Sequence record: PQ478073.1
Direction: 5' to 3' (one strand)
Length of the DNA: 64,000 nucleotides
Source: a phage
This document shows positions 48,790 through 58,056 of this stretch, piece by piece. Position 1 is the stretch's first letter, and every line of letters begins with the position of its first letter. Made by a program: the position numbers and the translations under genes. The notes under the pieces are model-generated. The model did not search any database. It worked only from the letters and a program-made list of their open reading frames with translations, and was not told where the DNA came from.

Positions 48790-49152
48790 ATGGCGACTCA
48801 AATCAATAAAATCATGCTTAACCTGGTAAACTTCCGCGAAGAGATGAAAGGTCTTCCGGCTGAAACTGTAAAAATTCACATTGCAGCTTATCGGGAACTT
48901 ATTGCAATGTTGCCGCTTAAGCGTGAACAATACGCCGCTACTTTGATGCTTGATTCAATGATCCATATAATGATCTCAAATGATTTGACGATGGTTTATC
49001 AGTATATGGGCGAAAATTTCGCGGTGTGTAGTAAGCCAGTACCAGGGATGGCAACTACTGAGGAATTGCACGGTTTAAATTTAAAACAAGATGCATGGGA
49101 TAATATGCCTCGTTTCCTGGTATGGGCTGACAGTGGCAAAATTTACAAATAA
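48790..49152 (+). CDS. hypothetical protein (120 aa)
   Basis: True start 48790 (MATQINK); track start 48733 is the ATG inside TATAATG. Confidence 0.55.
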   Translation: MATQINKIMLNLVNFREEMKGLPAETVKIHIAAYRELIAMLPLKREQYAATLMLDSMIHIMISNDLTMVYQYMGENFAVCSKPVPGMATTEELHGLNLKQDAWDNMPRFLVWADSGKIYK

Positions 49153-49166
49153 GTTTAATAAAGTAC

Positions 49167-49225
49167 TTGCAAACTATGTTTAATGGCGTATAATGTTTTA
49201 CATCAGGTGGGGAATAGTTCCCCAC
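49167..49225 (+). promoter_or_regulatory. early-type promoter TTGCAA-N16-TATAAT plus 5'UTR hairpin
   Basis: TTGCAA 49167-49172; TATAAT 49189-49194; hairpin 49207-49225. Confidence 0.65.
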
Positions 49226-49246
49226 TATATAAGAGGATTAAAAAAA

Positions 49247-49486
49247 ATGGCTAAATCAAAAATGTTCTTAGGTCACAAAAACAAAACTCATTGGAATGTA
49301 AGCCTGTGGATTAATAACGATGAGGGATTGTATCGGTTGGCCCTGGATTTTATTAACGATAGCACTAATCGCAATGATGCGGCCCGTCATATGATGTTAT
49401 TTTTAGAACAGACTGGACAAGATAAAACACCGGACGGATTCAAATATAGCACTACTGCGATCCGTGCGGCGATGGTTGGAATGTAA
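49247..49486 (+). CDS. hypothetical protein (79 aa)
   Basis: GAGG RBS; N-terminus MAKSK. Confidence 0.55.
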   Translation: MAKSKMFLGHKNKTHWNVSLWINNDEGLYRLALDFINDSTNRNDAARHMMLFLEQTGQDKTPDGFKYSTTAIRAAMVGM

Positions 49487-49571
49487 TAGAATTTATTTAA
49501 AGTACTATCATTTTTTGCGATAGTACTTTATAATAGTGTTTTATTCATACACCAACGATAAGGGCAACAGC

Positions 49572-49835
49572 ATGAATATTAAGTATTTTGCGACGCGTGA
49601 ACAAGCTCGGATCGCCGCTCGCCAGGACGGGGCAACGTTTAAAGATATGGGAGCGGGATCGGCAAGTGGTGAACGTTGGGCCATTGTAAAGCGTAGTACA
49701 GCCAGATCATTACAGTACTGGTTAGCGGCCTTAAAAAGTCCCGATAGTGTATCGCGTCGAGTGGTAGAAATAAAGCTCGACCGAAAGGGCAACCGCGTGA
49801 CCGTGTACCGTACTAAAAAGATTGCAGTACTATAA
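49572..49835 (+). CDS. hypothetical protein, family X (FATREQARI), paralogue of 60447..60842
   Basis: MNIKYFATREQARIAARQDG...RKGNRVTVYRTKK. Confidence 0.55.
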   Translation: MNIKYFATREQARIAARQDGATFKDMGAGSASGERWAIVKRSTARSLQYWLAALKSPDSVSRRVVEIKLDRKGNRVTVYRTKKIAVL

Positions 49836-49843
49836 AAAAGTAC

Positions 49844-49902
49844 TTGCAAACTATGTTTAATGGCGTATAATGTTTTACATCGAGAGCGGGAACACTTCCC
49901 GC
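49844..49902 (+). promoter_or_regulatory. early-type promoter plus 5'UTR hairpin
   Basis: TTGCAA 49844-49849; TATAAT 49866-49871; hairpin 49883-49902. Confidence 0.65.
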
Positions 49903-49923
49903 CTATAACCTGGAGTAATAAAA

Positions 49924-50154
49924 ATGACTAATATGTATATGACTGAAGTTAAAACCGTAAAAGATACTACCACGAATAAAACTACTTACTTACAGCGGAT
50001 CTGTGGTGTATGGCAACGTATCAGCAAATCAAAGTACTTTAAATTAACATCATATGCAAATCGTTCGGATTCATTCAGTACTGAAATAAAAGGTAATAAA
50101 GTACACCAATACGGCACTTATTATTATTACAGCCTGGACGCGATTGCAGTATAA
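49924..50154 (+). CDS. hypothetical protein (76 aa)
   Basis: GGAG RBS. Confidence 0.5.
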   Translation: MTNMYMTEVKTVKDTTTNKTTYLQRICGVWQRISKSKYFKLTSYANRSDSFSTEIKGNKVHQYGTYYYYSLDAIAV

Positions 50155-50236
50155 GCAGTTTACAAATCTTTACAATTGCCGGTATTGACTTATTTTGTCA
50201 GTACTGGCATAATGTATTCATTGGCAGATAAGCCGT

Positions 50237-50311
50237 AGCCCATAGGGTGCGGGAGTGTATCTATAGAAAAAGTAGTTTATTACAGTTACAATTGTGCACC
50301 CGGTGGGTTAG
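50237..50311. promoter_or_regulatory. inverted pair of ACCCA-N-GGGTG palindrome motifs
   Basis: CCCATAGGGTGC 50240-50251 and GCACCCGGTGGG 50295-50306. Confidence 0.4.
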
Positions 50312-50403
50312 CTGTTGTCATGGGGTATATTATGCCAGTACTTGATAATGCTGTCAATACTTTTTTTACTATTCAGTACTGAAAACTATTTTTAAAAAGT
50401 ACT

Positions 50404-50430
50404 TGCAAACTATGTTTAAAGGCGTATAAT
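50404..50430 (+). promoter_or_regulatory. early-type promoter TTGCAA-N15-TATAAT (upstream of tandem pair)
   Basis: TTGCAA 50404-50409; TATAAT 50425-50430. Confidence 0.6.
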
Positions 50431-50437
50431 GTTTTAC

Positions 50438-50512
50438 ATCAGGACGGGGAACGAAATAAGTAACTTCCCGTTAAGTAGCCCAGGAGTAAGGCACACGAAA
50501 AACTCCCCTGAT
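50438..50512 (+). ncRNA. candidate structured leader RNA, copy 1
   Basis: 75-nt element between two promoters; closing stem AUCAGG/CCUGAU and GGGGAA/UUCCCC hairpin; near-identical copy at 59588-59663. Confidence 0.4.
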
Positions 50513-50520
50513 AAAATAGT

Positions 50521-50548
50521 TTGACAAATGTTTTTAAAAGCGTATAAT
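50521..50548 (+). promoter_or_regulatory. promoter TTGACA-N16-TATAAT
   Basis: TTGACA 50521-50526; TATAAT 50543-50548. Confidence 0.6.
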
Positions 50549-50580
50549 ACTTACATCAACTACTGAATGAGGGTTACAAA

Positions 50581-51192
50581 ATGAAAACTATCACTACTAC
50601 TACTTTCGTTATGGATTTTTCTGAATTGAACGCAGAACAAAAAACGTCAGCTATCGAACTGGTTCGGGAACGTGAAAAAAACTCAAACGACAATTATTTT
50701 TCTGAAAGTGAAATTGAATACTATAAAGAAACAGTACTACCGGAATATGGCATTAATGACGCTGAAATACAATTCAGTGGCTTTTGGTCCCAGGGTGACG
50801 GTGCATCAATCAGTACTGACCACGTTGACGCAGTGAAGTTTTTACGCAAGGTAAGAGCATTAACTAAGTATCGCTCAATCCGTCACTTGCTGAATGAAGA
50901 TGATTTGGCGATGAGTGTAAAGCGTTCGCACTCCCACTACTCGCATGAGAATACTGTAAGCGGGTACATTGAATCGGCTTACACTGATTTAACCGCAAAA
51001 CAAGAAACGTTAGTTAATGAGCTTGAGGAACTACTCACTGAAACTATTCGTGAATTATCCCGCAAGTTGTACCGTGATTTAGAGAATGCATATGAGGATC
51101 AATTCACTACTGAAAACATTACGGCACTGATTGAGGGTAACGAGTATCAATTCAATGTTATTGATGGCGTAGTGGAATCAATCGAATATTAA
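50581..51192 (+). CDS. hypothetical acidic protein (203 aa)
   Basis: GAGGG RBS. Confidence 0.6.
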   Translation: MKTITTTTFVMDFSELNAEQKTSAIELVREREKNSNDNYFSESEIEYYKETVLPEYGINDAEIQFSGFWSQGDGASISTDHVDAVKFLRKVRALTKYRSIRHLLNEDDLAMSVKRSHSHYSHENTVSGYIESAYTDLTAKQETLVNELEELLTETIRELSRKLYRDLENAYEDQFTTENITALIEGNEYQFNVIDGVVESIEY

Positions 51193-51284
51193 TTTAAAAA
51201 GTACTTGCAAACTAAGTTTAAAAGCGTATAATACTTTATATCGAGAGCGGGAATAGTTCCCGCTACTAATGAGGAATACTACAA

Positions 51285-51449
51285 ATGAATACTTTTACCT
51301 TCGCTCAATTGAACGCCCTGGATGTATTGTCTGATGCTTTGCGGGATGCAACTGAAAGCGGTTTATTTGACAATGTTGACATTCACCCTGATGTAATTAA
51401 TAATTTTTGTGATGCTATCGCAGAAGTACTGGAAGATCTAAAAAAATAA
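51285..51449 (+). CDS. hypothetical protein (54 aa)
   Basis: Promoter + hairpin + GAGGAA RBS cassette; below track cutoff. Confidence 0.5.
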   Translation: MNTFTFAQLNALDVLSDALRDATESGLFDNVDIHPDVINNFCDAIAEVLEDLKK

Positions 51450-51537
51450 TAGAAAGTACTTGCAATTAGTTTTTAGTACTGTATAATAGTTTACATAGAG
51501 GGGAGAAATGGTTCTCCCTGGTAATGAGGAAAATAAA

Positions 51538-51759
51538 ATGGCTAATATCACTACTCTTTCCCAACTGGAAGCACTGGTTAAATCTATGCGGGAACATGCC
51601 GACAAAATCGGCGTACAAGATCCAGCCGTTTGCTTCTGCGACGAATTGAATGATGATACCCTGGTAATAGCAGAAGTCCAGGACGTTTCTAACTATTCCT
51701 CGCGTTACACTGGCGGCGTAGCAAATAAAGGTGACTTCTGTTTATACCTTACAAAATAA
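51538..51759 (+). CDS. hypothetical protein (73 aa)
   Basis: ATG 51538 (MANITTL); cassette upstream. Confidence 0.55.
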   Translation: MANITTLSQLEALVKSMREHADKIGVQDPAVCFCDELNDDTLVIAEVQDVSNYSSRYTGGVANKGDFCLYLTK

Positions 51760-51761
51760 CA

Positions 51762-51795
51762 ACGCGGGGAGATAATAACTCCCCGTTACTTTTTC
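51762..51795 (+). terminator. terminator hairpin CGGGGAG-ataataa-CTCCCCG + T-run
   Basis: Stem-loop followed by TTACTTTTT. Confidence 0.55.
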
Positions 51796-52001
51796 AGTAC
51801 TGAATCATTTAATAGACGGATCTCGGCACCCGGTGGGTTAGTGACTGTTTCGTCTTGATGTAGTAATTATGCCAGTACTGGATGCACTTGTCAACAACTA
51901 TTTTTCAAATACTTTTTATTAAAATACTTGCTAATAGTTTTTAAACGCGTATAATGTTTTGCATAGGGGAGCGGTTCCCCTGGTAACTAAGGAATAAGAA
52001 A

Positions 52002-52238
52002 ATGCTTGAACAAATCAAATCAACGTCTGCTAATGTAACGGGAACGGTATCACACTTTATTGGTGATGAATCGCGGGGCGTTCCCTATTGTGCTGTACAT
52101 GTAAACACTGAGGGTAACTACTGGTTTACGGTTTACGGATCATATTCATTTGGACGGCCAGGGCATCAAAAAATTCTGGATAAAGTACAGCCAACGGGTA
52201 AAAATATCACGGCTGAAATGTTTTATAAAAAATCATAA
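52002..52238 (+). CDS. hypothetical protein (78 aa)
   Basis: AAGGAA RBS; cassette upstream. Confidence 0.55.
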   Translation: MLEQIKSTSANVTGTVSHFIGDESRGVPYCAVHVNTEGNYWFTVYGSYSFGRPGHQKILDKVQPTGKNITAEMFYKKS

Positions 52239-52322
52239 AGTACTTGATAATAGTTTTTAGTACTGTATAATATTTTACATAGCACGGGGGAGCGGTTCCC
52301 CCTGGTAACTAAGGATAATCAA

Positions 52323-52622
52323 ATGAAAATTGCAATCATCGCCCTGGCTTTATCTGTTTCCTCTTTCGCTGTTAATGCGTCGTTAGATGTGAGTAGTGAA
52401 AAATTCATTCAGTGCACTGTTGCGATGACCAATGAAAGTACGGGCGAGATTGTTTTAAAGGATTTAGAGATCCAGCCACAAGCATTTAAAAACGGGCCGT
52501 TCCATGAAGAAGACGAAAACGGTAGCACAACCATTTATTATGATGCAAGTACTAAGCGTGGATCGGTCACGGTTATGGATACAGAGAAAGTAACGCACAC
52601 AGGAGTAATTAACTGTTTATAA
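52323..52622 (+). CDS. secreted protein (99 aa)
   Basis: Signal peptide MKIAIIALALSVSSFAVNAS. Confidence 0.55.
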   Translation: MKIAIIALALSVSSFAVNASLDVSSEKFIQCTVAMTNESTGEIVLKDLEIQPQAFKNGPFHEEDENGSTTIYYDASTKRGSVTVMDTEKVTHTGVINCL

Positions 52623-52639
52623 TCTAGTACTGAATCACT

Positions 52640-52668
52640 AGCCCACCTTAAACAGTGGGCTTTTTTGT
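52640..52668 (+). terminator. terminator AGCCCAC-cttaaaca-GTGGGCT + T6 (duplicated at 53366)
   Basis: Hairpin plus T-run. Confidence 0.65.
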
Positions 52669-52861
52669 TTTGTAGTACTGCATACTTTAAAAATAGTTTT
52701 AAAAAAGTAGTTGACATTACCACAAAAAGGCGTAGAATGTATTACATCAAGACGGGGAGCACTAAGTAGACCGCCAGTAAGTCGAACGAAAAACTGGACA
52801 CGTCGATAAAACTTTGATACACTAATAAACGTAAACTAAACTTTAATTGAGGATTTATAAA

Positions 52862-53344
52862 ATGGCTAATGTAAAATCATTCCTGAAAGCACTGATTTCA
52901 AACGATACTGTTATTGCTGCTGAATTGCTGGCTGAACTGGATAACGATACAATGAAAGCGGTACGCAACAATTTTAACATTGCGTACAGTGAAGCTAAAG
53001 AACTGCAAGCCAAAAAGGTAGCAGAACTGGAAGAACAGAAAAAAGCCCGTGAAGCAGAACTACAAGCAACAATTGAAAGTATTCAGGCGGCAGTGTCTGG
53101 ATTGGATCTGGAAGTGGTTGTAGAAATGGCACATAAAGCCCTGGCGGTTAAGTACGGTGAAGATAAGCCGGAATCTAAACCTAAAAAATGGATTCAAGAA
53201 CGTGTTACTGTAGTACTTGATAACGGTGAAGAACATTTGATTCCTGTACGCGGTAACTGCATTGCGGTAGTACTGGACGCTATCAAAGAAAGCGGTATGA
53301 CTCGCGAGGAATGGATCGAAGCTCATCGCAAAGTTGAAGCATAA
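52862..53344 (+). CDS. hypothetical protein (160 aa)
   Basis: ATG 52862 (MANVKSF); track start is TTG. Confidence 0.55.
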   Translation: MANVKSFLKALISNDTVIAAELLAELDNDTMKAVRNNFNIAYSEAKELQAKKVAELEEQKKAREAELQATIESIQAAVSGLDLEVVVEMAHKALAVKYGEDKPESKPKKWIQERVTVVLDNGEEHLIPVRGNCIAVVLDAIKESGMTREEWIEAHRKVEA

Positions 53345-53365
53345 CAATTAAAGTACTGAATCAAT

Positions 53366-53393
53366 AGCCCACCTTAAACAGTGGGCTTTTTTG
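53366..53393 (+). terminator. terminator, second copy
   Basis: Same hairpin as 52640. Confidence 0.65.
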
Positions 53394-53628
53394 TGTCTAT
53401 AGTATTCCAGTCCACTAGCACCGCCTAGAATCGATTCTAACGCATTAAACTGATTATCTGATACATCGCCCTAGCTGGTGGCGTTAAGGTCGTTAGAAAG
53501 CGATTGAGAGTGTTTAAAGTATTTTGCAAAAAGTAATAAAAAGTACTTGCATGATTAAGAGATTAGCGTATAATGTTTTACATCGAAAGGGGAAACGGTT
53601 CTCCTTCCAAATCAAAGGAATCAAAACA

Positions 53629-53856
53629 ATGGCTATTATCATTACTCGCGTATCTGGTACTACTGGCAATTCTTCTACTGTTGCAGTCATTACTAACAAG
53701 GCAGGTGCGGAATTGCAAAATGCAATGAATACCTGGGCCGTTAATGAGTTCGGTCAGTGGGCAAGTGTAGCATACATTGAAACCTATCAAGTGCCGACCA
53801 TTAGTTTAACGGATCTTGGTGTGGAACGTATCCTTTGCTTGGATGAATTAAATTAA
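53629..53856 (+). CDS. hypothetical protein (75 aa)
   Basis: ATG 53629 (MAIIITRV); AAAGGAA RBS. Confidence 0.55.
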   Translation: MAIIITRVSGTTGNSSTVAVITNKAGAELQNAMNTWAVNEFGQWASVAYIETYQVPTISLTDLGVERILCLDELN

Positions 53857-53941
53857 AAAAGTACTTGCAAAGTAAATCGAATAAAGTATAATACATTACA
53901 TCAAGGGGAGAAATGATTCTCCCCACTACAAGGAAACTAAT

Positions 53942-54085
53942 ATGAAAACTTGTCAATGTGGTAAAAAATCTATTACTGGTTTAAAGCGGGGCGTTGCTCT
54001 TTGCCAGTACCATTATAATTTACAAGTATGGGGTAAAGAATGGGCCGACCAGGTGGAAGCAATTAAGAAAGCAAAAAGTAAGTAA
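53942..54085 (+). CDS. small Cys-containing protein (47 aa)
   Basis: Cassette upstream; CQCGKK...CQYH; below track cutoff. Confidence 0.45.
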   Translation: MKTCQCGKKSITGLKRGVALCQYHYNLQVWGKEWADQVEAIKKAKSK

Positions 54086-54174
54086 AAATATTATCACAGT
54101 ACTATTGACATAGTTTGATAGTACTGGCATAATAGATTTTATCAAGACAACATATTAATTTAAGGAATACTAAA

Positions 54175-54498
54175 ATGGCTAAAACTATCATTAACACCGT
54201 TTCCCTGGCTGCAATCCGTGCAATCAATGTTGACGGTAAACGTTGGACTGATTCATATGGCAATACTTATCATTCTTGTCATGTAAGCGTCGAACTGGAT
54301 AACGGTTTGAATGTTCTGGCGGTTGAATCATTTACTTATGGCTATGAAGATGCATATCAACAAACGGCGTTAGATCTATTAAAGGAATCAGTAGACGGGC
54401 TTAATACTGATGAAACCTCCCTTACTCGTTTGTGCAATGATCTTAATATCCCGTTGCATTGTACTGTACAGAATGTTAAACGCAAAAAAGATCTTTAA
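54175..54498 (+). CDS. hypothetical protein, family Y, paralogue of 60024..60347
   Basis: Shared RWTDSxGNTYHSC...FTYGY...KRKKD. Confidence 0.6.
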   Translation: MAKTIINTVSLAAIRAINVDGKRWTDSYGNTYHSCHVSVELDNGLNVLAVESFTYGYEDAYQQTALDLLKESVDGLNTDETSLTRLCNDLNIPLHCTVQNVKRKKDL

Positions 54499-54578
54499 TT
54501 AGCTTTACTTTATGCAGATACTTTGATATAGTGTCTGCATAGGGGAAAGAAATTAAATTAACTTAAGAGGATCGTATA

Positions 54579-54848
54579 ATGAAAAATATCAGTACTTTAA
54601 TCGATGCAGGTACACATGTTCGGCGGTCTATGGTTGCAACCAGTACTACAAAACAAGTAGCAAGCGGTTATCTTGTATTTGTGCACGATGGTAAACTCCT
54701 GGAACGTTCAATCAATTTTGATGTTAAAAACAATTGCCGTTTTATTATCTTTAAGCGTGAACAATATAAAATTGATTTGCCAGCGAAGCCCATTAGCGGG
54801 GCGTACAACGTGCAATCATTGTTTGAGCGTCAACCATACACCTATTGA
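54579..54848 (+). CDS. hypothetical protein (89 aa)
   Basis: AGAGGA RBS. Confidence 0.55.
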   Translation: MKNISTLIDAGTHVRRSMVATSTTKQVASGYLVFVHDGKLLERSINFDVKNNCRFIIFKREQYKIDLPAKPISGAYNVQSLFERQPYTY

Positions 54849-54899
54849 TCAAATCATCGTTAGTGGTCGATTTAGGCCGCTTATATTGGGGATTATACC

Positions 54900-55070
54900 A
54901 TGAACGTTAATCAAGTACTAAATGAAGTTGAAAGCATCATTAAACCAATGAAACGTATTGATGCTGTTCCTACACCGGAAGAATGCCGCCTTTATGAGCG
55001 TTACAGTGTGGAACAAGCCCAGGCGATGGCCCGTATCCGTCCGGTTGCCAGTACTGATAAGGCGGCGTAA
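54900..55070 (+). CDS. hypothetical protein (56 aa)
   Basis: Fills gap; weak RBS; below track cutoff. Confidence 0.35.
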   Translation: MNVNQVLNEVESIIKPMKRIDAVPTPEECRLYERYSVEQAQAMARIRPVASTDKAA

Positions 55071-55071
55071 T

Positions 55072-55278
55072 ATGCTTACTGTACAGGATAAGATCGACAT
55101 CTTAAAGGTTAATATGTATGTGATTGATGCAGATCCTGAAAAAGTATTTGCATACGATGATTCTAATCGTAGTCCTTTTTATTGTAGTCATGAAGTTGGT
55201 AAAGTGCCGCTAGATTATGTTATTGAAAGAGTAGTTGATTCAGCTTATAAACATTACTTAGAAAGTACTTGCAATTAG
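55072..55278 (+). CDS. hypothetical protein (68 aa)
   Basis: ATG directly after upstream TAA. Confidence 0.45.
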   Translation: MLTVQDKIDILKVNMYVIDADPEKVFAYDDSNRSPFYCSHEVGKVPLDYVIERVVDSAYKHYLESTCN

Positions 55279-55343
55279 TTTTTAAACGCGTATAATGATT
55301 TGCATAGGGGGAAACATCTTCCCCCGATACTAGGAGAAACAAA

Positions 55344-55496
55344 ATGAAACAATATAACGCTCGGTTTGATGTTACTATCGGTAACGGGAAAGGTCAGTAC
55401 TCTTTCAGTACTCGTAAGAGTTATACAGAAAACTTCCTGCGTAATTGTGCACTTACCGCCGCACAAATTAAACATTACTTTCAGGCTAAAAAATGA
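55344..55496 (+). CDS. hypothetical protein (50 aa)
   Basis: Cassette + AGGAGAAA RBS. Confidence 0.5.
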   Translation: MKQYNARFDVTIGNGKGQYSFSTRKSYTENFLRNCALTAAQIKHYFQAKK

Positions 55497-55582
55497 AAAC
55501 ATTAGCTTACTATAGTTCGGCCCTGGTCGGTGCAGTACTGGCGGCATTGTTAGTAACCTATCTATTCTTTATGGTGATTTAA
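55493..55582 (+). CDS. small TM peptide (29 aa)
   Basis: ATGA overlap with upstream stop; hydrophobic. Confidence 0.3.
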   Translation: MKTLAYYSSALVGAVLAALLVTYLFFMVI

Positions 55583-55720
55583 ATGAATCCAAATAATATT
55601 ATCTATCATAACGCTAAAACGAAAGCAGATAAGGTAAACGCAAAAAAAGCGAAAGTAAAGCAGTACATCAAGCAAGGCATGACACGCAAAGCGGCATTGC
55701 TTAAAGCTAAAAATAAATGA
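55583..55720 (+). CDS. small lysine-rich protein (45 aa)
   Basis: ATG right after upstream stop; ends at terminator. Confidence 0.35.
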   Translation: MNPNNIIYHNAKTKADKVNAKKAKVKQYIKQGMTRKAALLKAKNK

Positions 55721-55727
55721 AAAAAAG

Positions 55728-55751
55728 TGGTTGACTTCGGTCAGCCATTTT
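55728..55751 (+). terminator. terminator TGGTTGACTTCGGTCAGCCA + T-run
   Basis: Hairpin family copy. Confidence 0.65.
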
Positions 55752-55784
55752 GCTATTATATATTCATTGAGAGATAGCTCACTA

Positions 55785-55819
55785 GCCCACAGGGTGCAGG
55801 AATGTATCTATTGTATAAT
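55785..55819 (+). promoter_or_regulatory. palindromic operator-like motif at about -35 of a TATAAT promoter
   Basis: GCCCACAGGGTGC 55785-55797; TATAAT 55814-55819; no -35 hexamer. Confidence 0.45.
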
Positions 55820-55942
55820 GATTGAGTACATAAAACTATTTTAAAGTATTTGATAAAAAGTACTTGCATACTATCTCAATAGGCGTATAATGTTTTACAT
55901 CGCAAGGGGAAACGGTTTCCCCTGGTAATAAGGAAACGAATC

Positions 55943-56284
55943 ATGACTATTGCAATTGCTCAATCTAACTTTGAAAACGAAATCATCTCCCAGGCTTTAC
56001 GTTTAAATGATGGTCGGGCCGAAATCAATTACGGTTTCAATAGTGGTGGATGTGAAAAATATCAGTACTTTATAACTGCTGATGGCGGTGTCCTGGGCAT
56101 CAATACCGTTATCGTTAACATTCAAAACATTAACTTTAATGATCCAGATGATAGCCAGTACTACATTGTCGGTGTAGACGTGAACTACGAAGATGATTCC
56201 TTAACTGATGATCACACTGGCGAGAAGTTAGAAAGTGCATACGGTGAAGATGATTATCAGTCCGGTCCAGAAGATTTCGAATAA
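55943..56284 (+). CDS. hypothetical acidic protein (113 aa)
   Basis: Cassette + AAGGAA RBS. Confidence 0.6.
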   Translation: MTIAIAQSNFENEIISQALRLNDGRAEINYGFNSGGCEKYQYFITADGGVLGINTVIVNIQNINFNDPDDSQYYIVGVDVNYEDDSLTDDHTGEKLESAYGEDDYQSGPEDFE

Positions 56285-56376
56285 TATAAAAAATAGTTTG
56301 ACAATAGATTATAGTACTGTATAATAGTTTACATCAAGGGGAGAATAGTTCTCCCCACTAACAGAGAAAAAACAAA

Positions 56377-56589
56377 ATGGCTAATATCCGCACTGTACTG
56401 AAAAATGCAAAACAAGTTTTATTTTCTGATCATGATACTTTCAACAAGGATATTACTGGCGTTCGGAATATCAAAGATGTAAAAAGTGTTATGGGTATCT
56501 ATTGCAATATGAAACGTGTTGGCACGTTCGGCGATAAAGTACTATACCAGGCAGGGGATTACAATTTTACACTGACTATCATTAACTAA
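56377..56589 (+). CDS. hypothetical protein (70 aa)
   Basis: Cassette; N-terminus MANIRTV. Confidence 0.55.
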   Translation: MANIRTVLKNAKQVLFSDHDTFNKDITGVRNIKDVKSVMGIYCNMKRVGTFGDKVLYQAGDYNFTLTIIN

Positions 56590-56680
56590 AAATATTATCA
56601 CAGTACTATTGACAACGTTTGATAGTACTGGCATAATAACTTTTATCAAGACAACGCATATTAATTTAAGGAATACTAAA

Positions 56681-56860
56681 ATGGCTATTATCGCAAAAAC
56701 TGAAATCATCGGCCTGGATTCTATCATCATGACGTTTGAAGATCAAAAAGGGATGTATGTAGTTTCCTATGGTGATTATGTTCGGGAGTATGAAACGGTA
56801 GACGAAGCCTTTGAAAGTTACATTCGCCAGGTTAATAAAGCATACGACGATTACCGCTAA
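56681..56860 (+). CDS. hypothetical protein (59 aa)
   Basis: ATG 56681; upstream leader 56590-56683 duplicates 54086-54177. Confidence 0.5.
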   Translation: MAIIAKTEIIGLDSIIMTFEDQKGMYVVSYGDYVREYETVDEAFESYIRQVNKAYDDYR

Positions 56861-56959
56861 AATATATTACCAGTACTATTAAATCTATTGACAATGTTTG
56901 ATAGTACTGTATAATAAGTTTTATAAACAGTAGTTAACTTAACCTAAGAGAGAAAAATC

Positions 56960-57103
56960 ATGACAGCATTAGATTCATTCATCGACGCAGTACTGGCAAA
57001 AACTGGCGAGGATCTGACCGCAGAACAATACGCGATGATCGAACAATGTCAGCAAGACGGTAAATCGGTGAAAGATACTGTTAAGATTATCCGCAAGATG
57101 TAA
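56960..57103 (+). CDS. hypothetical protein (47 aa)
   Basis: GAGAGAAA RBS; followed by terminator. Confidence 0.45.
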   Translation: MTALDSFIDAVLAKTGEDLTAEQYAMIEQCQQDGKSVKDTVKIIRKM

Positions 57104-57109
57104 CAAATA

Positions 57110-57138
57110 AGCCCACTGGTTAACGCTGGTGGGCTTTA
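57110..57138 (+). terminator. terminator hairpin AGCCCAC...GTGGGCTTT
   Basis: GC-rich stem plus T-tract. Confidence 0.55.
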
Positions 57139-57208
57139 ATCATTTACCCTATACAATGCCAGTACTAAACCGTTTAACTCGTTAGAATGCGTTACAGGAC
57201 GTTTAACA

Positions 57209-57406
57209 ATGATTAGCATGAAATCAGTACAAAAACAAATAGAAACATTATCAAAAATTAAACGTAAACAGTACTCCTTAGAATATACAATCAATGGTAA
57301 CTATCATCTAATGAAAGAAAATAATTTTATAGTCATTGATGAATCATTGCAAATCATTAGTATAGTACTGAAAGCATTAATCAATGACAGAAAAAAGTTA
57401 AAATAA
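57209..57406 (+). CDS. hypothetical protein (65 aa)
   Basis: ORF track; no clear RBS. Confidence 0.35.
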   Translation: MISMKSVQKQIETLSKIKRKQYSLEYTINGNYHLMKENNFIVIDESLQIISIVLKALINDRKKLK

Positions 57407-57465
57407 TCTATTGACAAATTATTCCAGTACTGGCATAATACTTACATCAAGACGAGAACGTCACT

Positions 57466-57499
57466 AACCCATAGGGTGCACAAATGTAACTATATAATA
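57466..57499 (+). promoter_or_regulatory. palindromic operator-like motif plus TATAAT
   Basis: AACCCATAGGGTGC 57466-57479; TATAAT 57494-57499. Confidence 0.45.
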
Positions 57500-57735
57500 T
57501 CGATCAATAAATGATCAAAAAAGTACTGGATCAATTTAGCATAAGGCGTATAATTCTGATCAAATCTTGATCAAAGGCAATAAACGTAGTTGAAATTATA
57601 TAGAAAGTACAAAGGCGTTACCATTCGTGGTAATGCTGGGGAATATGTAGTATCATACGGTTTGAATAAAATCAGTACTAGTAGTATTATTGTAGCATTA
57701 CAGTACTATAGTAATTTTATAATGAGGTTAAAATA

Positions 57736-57993
57736 ATGGCTGTAGGATTCACGAAAGATGGGGCCGAGCAAGACGAGATTAACGCAGTGATTCAGGCCGC
57801 TGTAAACCACGCTAGAACGCAAATTAACGCACAAATAGAATCATTGATACATTGCCTCGACTGCGGCGATAAAATCCCTGAGAATCGCCGCCAGGCCGTT
57901 AAGGGGTGTAAGTACTGCATAACTTGCCAAGAGGATCATGATAGTATTTTTAAACGTCTACCGCGTAATTGTTGGCATAGATCTATGAGATAA
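57736..57993 (+). CDS. DksA/TraR-family C4 zinc-finger protein
   Basis: CLDCGDKIPENRRQAVKGCKYCITCQE resembles TraR CxxC-N17-CxxC finger. Confidence 0.65.
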   Translation: MAVGFTKDGAEQDEINAVIQAAVNHARTQINAQIESLIHCLDCGDKIPENRRQAVKGCKYCITCQEDHDSIFKRLPRNCWHRSMR

Positions 57994-58056
57994 AAAGTAT
58001 TGACAGTGCTGTTAGTTAGTGTATAATATTTTATATCTTAACTGAGGATTGAAATC

